Positions 25,531-36,700 of a stretch of 64,000 nt of DNA are shown one piece after another. The stretch's first letter is position 1; the number at the start of each line of letters is the position of its first letter. The notes beneath the pieces were generated by a model. The model made no database searches. It had not been told where the DNA came from and saw nothing but the letters and a program-made list of their open reading frames with translations. The DNA is from Balanoglossus misakiensis (lineage: Eukaryota > Animalia > Hemichordata). The position numbers and the translations under genes are program-made. The DNA lies in NCBI GenBank assembly GCA_040954595.2, contig CM082597.2, positions 7,894,343 to 7,958,342 of the forward strand. Direction: 5' to 3'.

Positions 25531-26154
25531 TTAATGTACTTACATTTCTACCGGTGGGTAGAGTTTTAATGGCAGCAATACTCTACACAAAGTCATACCA
25601 AAAGTTAAAAGTTACTCCTCTCTTGTCTAAACTCAGCCATAAGCGGGAAATGATGTTCAATGATGTGTTCCACAAAATTGTGAACTATTTCCAAAAGTTC
25701 ATTAGCAGGCTGGGAAGTCAAAAGATCACAATCCATCTCAGGCATTGACTGTGTTCCCTACCTTTACACCATGATAAAAAGTTGCAGACCCTAGCGCTGG
25801 ACGTTTCATCAGCAAGATGGAGGCCATGCAATGACAAACAACCGGAAAACATTTTCACATGAGCAAACGTTTTTTTTTAAAAACGTAGCATTCATTTTGT
25901 ATGATTATGAATGATTGTGATTTAAAAACATTGCTTTTGAGTATATAATGTGTCTTAAGTGCTTTACGCACAATTTCCAAAAAATCTCTGTGCCTAAAAC
26001 ACAGATATTCGATCGGGTTGTCTGGACTATTGCCGCAGTGGCATCATGGGATAACGCATAAATCAGCATGACTCGCACTCCCACGGTCGCGTTTTTTTAT
26101 ATAATAATATCCAGAAGTAAAAGTGGCATCTTATTTAAATATTAATATCAAAAT

Positions 26155-28920
26155 ATACAAATTATAGCATTCTAGACCCAAACAGTGTTTAGTAAACGCT
26201 CGCCGTAAAATGTCATTTTGAACAAAGTCCATAATACCCATTTTGTCACTTTGACCCGAAATTTGAGGATGACCTTGACCTTGACCCCAAAGTTCAATTT
26301 AGCAATCAAAAGCTCGCATCCGACAATATAAGTTTGAGTGTTTAAATTTTATCTAAAGTTTAATTGGTAGCAAAGATATAGCAAGTTTCTTATTTTGGGG
26401 AATTTCGCAAAATCTTCTATCCGTCGTTATGGTTACAGAATTTTAATATAAATTACAACCAAAGACGAAAATAGGCCTATTTTTCTTAAAGCTAATATTC
26501 CTTGCTACCTGATGACCAATTTACAGCCTCCTCGAGCAAACCGTTTTCCAGTAAATCAAACTATGTATGATCGATATGCAAAAAATAGCGAAATTTTCAC
26601 TTTGACCCCAAGTTTTGAAGATGAACTTGACCTCTGACCTTGTCGGTCGTGTAATAATTGGATAGCCCGTACCCTACTTTATAATACTGAATGTTTAAAT
26701 TTTTTCGCTAGCTTTCTCAGAACCTGAAATATCTCATTTTAACTGTATGAGTACTCTTGCTATTCCTACCATTCATTTTGTTGTCATTATAACAGCTGGT
26801 TTTGCATATTAAGTATATGTAAACAGCAAAACAAATTAAAATCTTTGTAAACAATACACATCTCTATCTGGAGATCAAATTATAGCATTCTAGACCCAAA
26901 CAGTGTTTAGTAAACGCTCGCCGTAAAATGTCATTTTGAACAAAAATCCATAATGTCCATTTTGTCACTTTGACCCGAAATTTGAGGATGACCTTGACCT
27001 TGACCCCAAAGTTCAATTTAGCAATCAAAAGCTCGCACCCGACATTATAAATTTGAGTGTTTAAATTTTATCTAAAGCTTAATTGGTAGCAAAGATATAG
27101 CAGGATTCTTATTTTTGTGATTTTCGCAAAATCTGCTATCCGTCGTTATGGTAACAGAATTTTAATATAACTTAATATCAAAGACGTGAATCAGCTTATT
27201 TTTCTTAAAGCTAATATTCCTTGATACCTGATGACCAATTTACAGCCTCCTTGAGCAAACCGTTTTCCAGTAAATCAAACTATGTATGATCGATATGCAA
27301 AAAATAGCGAAATTTTGACTTTGACCCCAAGTTTTGAAGATGAACTTGACCTCTGACCTTGTCGGTCGTGTAATAATTGGATAGCCCGTACCCTACTTTA
27401 TAATACTGAATGTTTAAATTTTTTCGCTAGCTTTCTCAGAACCTGAAATATCTCATTTTAACTGTATGAGTACTCTTGCTATTCCTACCATTCATTTTGT
27501 TGTCATTATAAGAGCTGGTTTTGCATATTAAGTATATGTAAACAGCAAAACAAATTAAAATCTTTGTAAACAATACACATCTCTATCTGGAGATCAAATT
27601 ATAGCATTCTAGACCCAAACTGTGTTTAGTAAACGCTCGCCGTAAAATGTCATTTTGAACAAAAATCCATAATGTCCATTTTGTCACTTTGACCCGAAAT
27701 TTGAGGATGACCTTGACCTTGACCCCAAAGTTCAATTTAGCAATCAAAAGCTCGCACCCGACATTATAAATTTGAGTGTTTAAATTTTATCTAAAGCTTA
27801 ATTGGTAGCAAAGATATAGCAGGACTCTTATTTTTGTGATTTTCGCAAAATCTGCTATCCGTCGTTATGGTAACAGAATTTTAATATAACTTAATATCAA
27901 AGACGTGAATCAGCTTATTTTTCTTAAAGCTAATATTCCTTGATACCTGATGACCAATTTACAGCCTCCTCGAGCAAACCGTTTTCCACTAAATCAAACT
28001 ATGTATGATCGATATGCAAAAAATAGCGAAATTTTCACTTTGACCCCAAGTTTTGAAGATGAACTTGACCTCTGACCTTGTCGGTCGTGTAATAATTGGA
28101 TAGCCCGCACCCTACTTTATAATACTGAATGTTTAAATTTTTTCGCTAGCTTTCTCAGAACCTGAAATATCTCATTTTAACTGTATGAGTACTCTTGCTA
28201 TTCCTACCATTCATTTTGTTGTCATTGCATTATAAGAGCTGGTTTTGCATATTAAGTATATGTAAACAGCAAAACAAATTAAAATCTTTGTAAACAATAC
28301 ACATCTCTATCTGGAGATCAAATTATAGCATTCTAGACCCAAACTGTGTTTAGTAAACGCTCGCCGTAAAATGTCATTTTGAACAAAAATCCATAATGTC
28401 CATTTTGTCACTTTGACCCGAAATTTGAGGATGACCTTGACCTTGACCCCAAAGTTCAATTTAGCAATCAAAAGCTCGCACCCGACATTATAAATTTGAG
28501 TGTTTAAATTTTATCTAAAGCTTAATTGGTAGCAAAGATATAGCAGGATTCTTATTTTTGTGATTTTCGCAAAATCTGCTATCCGTCGTTATGGTAACAG
28601 AATTTTAATATAACTTAATATCAAAGACGTGAATCAGCTTATTTTTCTTAAACCTAATGTTCCATGCTACCTGATGACCAATTTACAGCCTCCTCGAGCA
28701 AACCGTTTTCCAGTAAATCGAAACTATGTATGATCGATATGCAAAATATAGCGCAATTTTTACTTTGACCCCGCGTTTTGAAGATGAACTTGACCTCTGA
28801 CCTTGTCGGTCATGTAATCATTGGATATCCCGTAACCTACTTTATAAGACCCAATGTTTAAATTTTTTCTCTAGCTTTCTCAGATCCTGAAATATATCAT
28901 GTTTTAACTGTATGAGTACC
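26155..28920. repeat. About 720-bp tandem repeat, roughly 3.8 copies; inverse copy in the left TIR (23880-24703)
   Basis: aattatagcattctagacccaaac recurs at about 26160, 26878, 27597 and 28321. Confidence 0.92.
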
Positions 28921-29090
28921 CCTAAAATTATGCTATCGTTACCATGACAACCGCTCCTCACGGCCACACCCACCATTAATATGAGTGCAAACAACCTGAT
29001 TCTGACAGCTGGATAAATAGGCTTTCCAAAAATATATGTCTGCAAAACTCCCCAGGGGGGGGAGGGTTTCGGTCTCTGGCCCATGGACTA

Positions 29091-29900
29091 AAGGGTTGGG
29101 TGTGAAAATTGAACAGTGGAAATGTTAACGGGAATGCAAATTTGTAAATGGGTAGTGGACTGCAGAAAACTGACAATTAATTGTAGTGTGACATAAAACT
29201 GTAGTCCCATATCCACACAGTCGAAATGTTCGATTAACTTCAGTTCATCTAATTCACGTTAACGGTTGTTTTTATAGTTTGCCTTTTAGGGCTGTCACGG
29301 TAAAGTCAGTTATGGAATGTCCTGGTCTGTTGAAATGTTCACTAACGGGTTTGTGTATATTACCATTCTGTATGTCAAATCTGTGGTTGTTTAAAATACT
29401 TGAATCCTTAGGACAACTTGTAAATATGTGATGACTAGAATCACTAAGATTTACGATTGTAAAGACATACTGCAGAAGGAATAAAACTATAGGATAAACG
29501 ATTAGTACTAGCAGATATAGATCTTAACCTTTTTCCTGATGGTAAAAAATGCAGAAACTCGTTAACAGGATGGTAACAGTCATTAATAATACTGGTGATA
29601 CGTTTCTCTGTACGTTTTTCAAAGATGGTCTGAATGTTATCCATCTTCACTCCAATGATGTAAGATGCCGTTTTAACAACACGATTGAGCTTTCAGTAAT
29701 GACTGTCCAGTTTGACCTATATATACAGCTTGTGGGCATTGTTTGCAGGTGATTGTTTAAATGAGGTTGGTTGAGTCACAGGTGAAATATCCTCTTATTC
29801 TGTAGGTGTTATCATGGGGTCCAGTGGCCGTGTTGATGTGGGGGCACAGTTTGCACCTTGGTTTCTGACATGGTACATCTCCGTGCGTTTGGTTGGCGGT
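29091..29900 (-). mobile_element. Penelope-like element 3' fragment (GIY-YIG endonuclease), interrupted by a LINE piece
   Basis: PCQKPRCKLCPHI...FTCDSTNLI (29757-29900) and HKPVSEHFNRPGHSITDFTVTAL / ELKLIEHFDCVDMGL (29200-29360). Confidence 0.8.
29410..29756 (-). mobile_element. Rex1/Babar-like LINE 3' fragment
   Basis: HPVNEFLHFLPSGKRLRSISASTNRLSYSFIPSAVCLYN*. Confidence 0.7.
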
Positions 29901-30031
29901 GTGTAATTTGATGAAGGGGACTACATGTTCCCGAAAGGTCATGCTGTAGTTTTAACTCGTTGATCACAGAGTGCTACATAACTTTAATTCATATTGTACT
30001 GAAGATCAACACGGCAATACTCCTAATTGTT
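29901..30031 (+). mobile_element. Inverted Penelope pLTR segment with degenerate hammerhead
   Basis: ttgatgaaggggactacatgttcccgaaaggtcatgc; homologous to 43808-43940 (reverse complement) and 46450-46520; abuts the 5' truncation of the PLE. Confidence 0.7.
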
Positions 30032-30179
30032 AAACTCTGATCATGCATACATTGTAAAATCGCAAAGAGCCCATTCCAGGAGGGGAGGCTGAGGGGAGAC
30101 CAAATGCTGCCTAATTTGGTTAAGTAGTTTATAGAGATCTATGAAAACACTTGTACCGTAAGTGTTGTGTATTGTCAAG

Positions 30180-30489
30180 TAATATAGAAATAATGGAAGA
30201 CGCTCTGACCATTAACGTTTGTTTATTGGCAAGGGCGAGAGGAAAGCCAAAAAATCATGGGCGAGTTTTCCGAGCCCATGAATTTTAGCTTTTCTCTAGC
30301 CGTCAAAATTTAGAAAATGTCAACACGGAACTTGTGTTACGCAAAATGTTGTATTCACTGAACTGTTTGCTAATAATACTATTCAGATTTACGGGCATGT
30401 AAACAAACCATTACTGAGTATTTGTGGTCAGTGACGTTGTTTATCTCGACCAATTAAAATGCGATGCACAGGCCATGGTAATATAATAT
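30180..30489. mobile_element. Crypton-like non-autonomous element (partly deleted)
   Basis: Internal hairpin; flanked by taatat on both sides; absent from the paralogous sequence at about 49130. Confidence 0.6.
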
Positions 30490-30828
30490 CAATTGGAGAT
30501 CATGAGCATTTAATTTTTGATTGCAAATGCAGTCTATGTTGTCAGGATCTCACCACAACAGGTGGCACTGAAACACAACCGCCAGCCCATGAAAAATGCT
30601 CCACTTGAAGACTCAGCTAGGTTTATCGTTAAAGCAAGACCTGAACGTTTGCATATGCAAGTTTTAACAAGATAAATAATGAGGCTTTGCCGAAAAGGAA
30701 TATGGCTGCCGCCGTGGAAAAATACCAGAAAATGTTGCATTTCCGACTATGGAACTTCATAAACAAAGCATAATCTCATCTACTATAGATCTCATGGAAA
30801 TTAATGTATTCCACTGAGACATACCCGG

Positions 30829-31733
30829 TATTATTATACATCTAGTGCCGAGAACAATAGATTTAGGCATGCAATAAAAAGCCGTACGGAACGGTACGTA
30901 CGGAACGCGCGTTAAAAAAGTTTTAGGTTTCAAGGCGCCCCAACTCACCGTGTACAGGTATGCGTTGTTATGCGGACGGTTTCAAGGCGCCCCCACTCCA
31001 ACGCACGTGCGCACACGTAAACAAAAAAGAAAGATGGCTGCTCACTGAGTCAACTGAACGGTTTTCGATCGATTGTATCGGCATTTTGGGCGTTTTGAAA
31101 GCCAAGTAACATGCAAAACAAGAACTAATGGAGATGTAAGATGTATAATAATAAGGTTATTACGAAAATACCACAAAGTATGCACTCGGACATTAGCGCA
31201 GCGCATCGCCCTCCGCTGCGCGTCGGGCGATACTCAGCGCTAATGTCCTCGTGCATACTTTGCGGTATTTTCGTAATAACCTCATATTATTATACATCTG
31301 GCACCGAGAACAATAGAATTGAGCGTGCAATAAAAAGCCGTATGGAACGGTACGTACGGCACACGCGTTAAATACGCCTTAAGTTTCAAGGCTCCCAAAC
31401 TCACTGTGTACAGGTATACGCTGTTGTGCGGACGGTTTCAAGACACCCCCACTCGAACGCACGTAAACAAAAAAGAAAGATGGCTGCTCACTGAGTCAAC
31501 TGAGCAGTTTTCGATCGATTGTATCGGCATTTGGGTCGTTTTGAAAGCCAAGTAACATGCAACACAAGAACAAAACGGAGATGTAAGATGTATAATAATA
31601 AGGTTTTTACGAAAATACCGCAAAGTATGCACTCGGACATTAGCGCAGCGCATCGCCCTCTGCTGCGCGTCGGGCGATAATGCGCGCTAATGTCCTCGTG
31701 CATACTTTGCGGTATTTTCGTAATAACCTCATA
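30829..31733. mobile_element. Head-to-tail dimer of an about 450-bp Crypton-like non-autonomous element
   Basis: TA-ttattatacatct ... agatgtataataa, then a long hairpin (aggttattacgaaaatacc...ggtattttcgtaataacct)-CATA, present twice; junction at 31283-31286. Confidence 0.75.
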
Positions 31734-32261
31734 ACATTTTCATTTTTCAGTGGAATATTGCACTCTTTAAAAATTTCAGGAATTTTTGACTCTACTCATA
31801 TTTCTTCAATTTTTGGGGCATTTTGTCATAAGTGTTGATTTAGATATAATATTACACAATATCACTTGATTGACAGAATTAAAAGCACATCAGATTATTT
31901 AAAGATTAAATTTTTAGCCAGTTGCAGCTCGTGGCTTTAATGCACGTATCATGATTTGTATCACTAATGTAAGTGAATGTGTTTAAGAACAACAACAATC
32001 ATATTTTTTTTAATCTATATTCAGCATGCAATGTTTAAAATAACCATTGATATGCACTCTTGAATAACTACTAGTAAAATTCCCCTAATTAAAATATGCT
32101 CTTGAGGCAAGTATGAGTGGTAAATTTATGTAAAATATGTTTAACTGCATTACTATGGCATACATGATTTTCTTGCAAAACACATCGGGTAAGAAAGAGA
32201 TATTTGTCATGCCACAATTTTCTCATCATGTTAATCCATCATTTATCTGTAAAACCCACAG

Positions 32262-32489
32262 AACCTGCTTGTGTTAAGGAGGACGGTTTCTACAGAAGTG
32301 GATATCGTATAAACGGCGGATTTCAAAATCTCAAAGATACCGCTGATGAGTGTTGTGAGGAGTGCAGGAGTAACAGTCTGTGTCTTGTGTGGGTTTACAA
32401 CAAGTACTACAAAGCATGTTGGTTGAAGAATGGAGTCTCTGAGAAGTACTCGGAGCAAAATCATGTATCAGGAGTTATTGTAAGAGAGG
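32262..32489 (+). CDS. PAN/Apple-domain exon (phase 1-1)
   Basis: cacag|...|gtaagt, 228 nt; C..ECCEECRSNSLCLVWVY...CWLK...VSG. Confidence 0.88.
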
Positions 32490-32898
32490 GTAAGTATTCG
32501 CTCATCATATTCATCAACGTTCATTGTGATTGCAATTGTTTGCTCTAATGTATCATGTGCAAATACTCCACATGTCTCAGATGAAATACTGGCATAAATT
32601 ATTATGTTTGAATGGTTTATGTGGTCCTGAATCGTCTAAGATTATAGAACAGCTTGACCAGGTTCACAAGGTGTAAAATTTGAGACACTATTAAAAGCAG
32701 ATCTGAGATTATTTAAAGCTTACATTTTTAGCCAGTTGTAGCTCATGTGGCTTTAATGCGTCTATCATGATTTGTATCACTAATGTAAGTGAATGTGTTA
32801 AAGAACACCAATTATATTGTATTAATCTGTATTCAGCCTGCAATGTTTGAAATGGCCTTTGGTCCCTTTAATCGTCCATTCGTTTAAGGATTAATGCA

Positions 32899-32951
32899 TC
32901 TAGACCCTACAGGAAATACTGCTTCATGTTCATTCAATGTGACAGTAAGAG
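32899..32951 (+). pseudogene. 3' remnant of a deleted HYR exon
   Basis: ctagaccctacaggaaatactgcttcatgttcattcaatgtgacagtaagag|gtaaat matches the end of exon 1548-1787. Confidence 0.8.
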
Positions 32952-33114
32952 GTAAATATCCTGCCCAAGACATGCTGTATATCAATTGGTGAAATATTTC
33001 ATAAAATACAGTGTTCTTTCAAAAGACACTATTCTTTCAGAACTGTTCAATTAAAATAAATTTTGATTGGAAATTATGCAAATTAATTCATTTTCTTACA
33101 AATATTTTTTTCAG

Positions 33115-33354
33115 ACAATGAAAATCCTATTATCAAGTGTCCTGAAGACACCGTCAAATCTGCATATCTTGATGATCCAGTTGTCCAAGTAACATGGCCT
33201 CATGTAAATGCCACAGATAATTCTGGAGATGTTAGTGTGTCCGGTAGCCATCAACAGGGAAGCAACTTTTCTTTAGGTGCCACTGTCGTGTTGTATGAAG
33301 CCGTTGATCCATCGGGAAATAAAGTGTCATGCTCATTTATTGTCAAAGTGAATG
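33115..33354 (+). CDS. HYR-domain exon (phase 1-1)
   Basis: tttcag|...|gtaagt, 240 nt; DNENPIIKCPED...VTWPHVNATDNSG...YEAVDPSGNKVSCSFIVKVN. Confidence 0.9.
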
Positions 33355-33709
33355 GTAAGTTTGATTGTTGGTAATCTTACTTAGGTAGTATGTGTCGCGA
33401 AAATTTTGCTTAACGTTCTCATATTTTTTCAAGGCAAATTTAGATTATTCTTCGTTAACATTGAGAATAAAAATCAAGAGGTCACCTTGCAAAATTTTAA
33501 ATAAGGAAGACAAGTTATCGCAAATTTGAAATTCAAAATGGCTACCAGTCTCTGACTGATAACCTTTTGCCATTTTTGCCATGCAAGGTCTCACAGGGTT
33601 ATGTGGAGTTCAGAAATGCTCCAATAGCTATGTTGAGAAAACAACAGTGAATAAATAATTTTCTTTTCTTTTTATTCCCACCATCATCTGGTATCTTTCT
33701 ACTGACCAG

Positions 33710-36700
33710 CTCTAGTCAGACCCATTATTTCCAACTTCACGAATATATCCATACCAGATGTAAGTATAACAAACAGTCAACTATATATCTAATGATTAAA
33801 ATTGGGATTCATTATTGGAATGTATTTCAAATAGTCAAAGGGTGTCCTTGGAAAGTGCAAGGGATAAGTGATAGTCATCAGTAGTCAGAATATTAATTGT
33901 CTCTATCTTATGTGTTATGACAGATGACAAACATGTTTATTCAGTTGTCCAGTTTCATACCGATTCTTGATGGTGTAAATATCACAACAGAAGAAAGCAA
34001 AGCTATAGCCAAAGGTGGGTGAAAATGTAACGTCTGATATCATGTAAACCTACCCGGTACTGTGCAAATTTGTCACTCATGGTATAATTCAGTTAACTTT
34101 CTGGGGGACTAGTGGTACTAACATGTTGTAGTATGTATTTACCTCAAAAATCAAAGTCTTAACTCCTTTCCTATATTTTGTTCAAGAAAATTAACTTAAG
34201 ATTATATATTCTTAAATTTGAGAATAACAATTGAGGGTCACCAGGCAAACTTTTAAATAAGAGAGCAACATTGTACCAATTTTGAAATTCAAAATGGCCC
34301 TAACTCTATCTTAACTCTGAGATGAAAAATTAAAGTAATGATTTTTATGAAAACAAAACAATTACAAGTGACACTCTCTCTCGCTGCCATTTTCCCATTA
34401 ATTATGTTTGATACAAGACACCATTTATGGTATTCTAAATGCAGATATATAGTGAATCAACGTTCGACCACTCACAACTTTCATCCCTTTTGTAGGATAT
34501 GAGAGTAAAAATCTTGCCAAAATGAATAAATGGTAAACACTCTTGTGTCTACAAGTAGTATAGAAATTGTGTGAGGTCGAACGTTGATTCACTATATATC
34601 CACGTGTAGAATAAAATAAATGGTGTCTTGTATCAAACATAATTAATTGAAAAAGGGCAGCGAGAGACACTGACTTTGTCCCTTTAACTCAAAGCTATAA
34701 AAAGGTCTACTGATGCTTAGACACCTCTTGCCTATAGTTTAGGGTCTGATCAGGCTGTGCACTTTCTTATTCATGTCAGATATGCTGCAGATTATGGATG
34801 CGGGCATCTCAGCCCTTGCATCTTCTGATTCAGCAAGTAAATATCCACCTGGCTACAGCAATAATGACCGAACCAATGCTATTGGTCTGTTAATGCAGTC
34901 CATACTGGAAACAACCGATGAACTCTCACAATTTGTTCTAAGCAATACAAAACCAGGCAGTGGGCCAGTTATCTTGGAAACACCAAGTATCCAACTGCAC
35001 TTAGAATGCGACTATCTTGAAAATCTTGCTGATGGGTCCATTATCTTCGGAGATGGTAATCAGTTTGACATACCACCAGCAGAAATGATTTTCACCAACT
35101 GGACACATTTACAAGGAAAACAGAGTAACAGAATTGTAAGTAAAATTCAATGAGGCTCCAGATGAATTGATCAGTTTATATTTAAGCAATAAAACACCCC
35201 CAGCCATGGTATACCACGAGATTTTGACCAGTTCACGACATATACGCACGAGCGATAGCGAGTGCATATATGGAGTTGAACTGGTCAAAATCGAGTGGTA
35301 TACCATGGCTGGGGGTGTTTTATTGCTATTATATTATGCCAGTATATTGAAACTTTGCATAAAACATTTTAAAAAGGCATTTTCTTTGACTATGAAATAT
35401 GACTGTGGTATATGGCTAACATATCACGGTCACGTGTCGTGTCTCGACCAATCAAATAGCGTGATTTACACCATCAATATACTGGTATAATATAATTTGC
35501 AATAATTTATTAGGACTCATTGGTAATTTTAAATGAACTAAGAGTCATTTGTAATTTACAATGTCAATTCCCCTGTGAATATTGTCAATAACACATCCCC
35601 GTACATGCAATACATATTACTAACATATAGCTACAGAATTGTAAGTAAAGTTCAAGTACGATGTTCACTGTGGATGGAAGGTTAAGTTAATCAGATGTAT
35701 TGATCAGTTTATAGTTTTGCAATAATTTTATGACTCAATTAAAATCCACAGTATTTCTCATTTTTGCATAATTTTGTTTGAAACGCGAATTCTGGGAAGA
35801 TAAATATATGGGACCAGATCAAATCCGAAAATGGTCTGACATCAAATGTCGAAGTGGCTCGTTTGCTGATCGACATGTACAACATTTTCGTTGTAAACAA
35901 AGCTGCACATCATTTCAAGTGTTACGGCTTGCATGTAGCTACAGTTGCCCAAACCTTTCTTATACCTTCATTATGTAGTTTTCCATGATGAATGTACAGG
36001 TAAAATGGGCAATTTTCGATGATGAAAAATGGATAAACACGAGAAATACTGGGGCTTTAAGTAATTTTAAGTGAACTAAGACTAATTTATAATTTATAAT
36101 GTCAGTTCCCCTGTGAATATTGTCAATAACACATCCCCGTACATGCAGTACATATTTCTAAGCATATAGCAGCTCCCTTAGACAGCTTCATAAGCTTGGT
36201 ACAGTGCATCAATTCATTTACATAACTTCACAGAATGCAAAGGATACTGCACACTCTCACACACCTCTTTTTTCACTGACAGGCTAAATGTCTGAAGGGA
36301 ATGCCATCTGGTATGGCTAATAGCCTGACAGGAAATGACATCTTGAGTTTGTCATATACAGACAGAGAAGGCAATGAATATGAAGGTACGTGAAAAAATA
36401 TTTTGGTACCTGCATCTGGTCAACCAATATAGCAGCATATGAACAACATTATGAATAGATGTAACTGGCAATTACAGAAAAGAAAGGAATTATTCACGCA
36501 AGTGACAACAATGATATCTTCTATAGGTTCTGTGAGGCATGTTCTTTCACACACAATTCTTGTGCAGACATCATTGATACATTATGAATCATTCTGCTTT
36601 AAACCAGTCTCCATTAAAGGTATGCAGTCAGCTCCAATTGACATACACCCATATATGTCAGAAATGGCGTATTTGAGTGTTCTAAAGAACATTTGGTGGC

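Larger units (their letters stand above)
23706..29090 (-). mobile_element. Academ-derived foldback element with about 1-kb TIRs and internal 720-bp tandem repeats
   Basis: TAGTCCATGGGCCAGAGACC... at 23706 and its reverse complement ending at 29090 (TAG..CTA ends); central degraded transposase-like sequence; no TSD. Confidence 0.75.
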
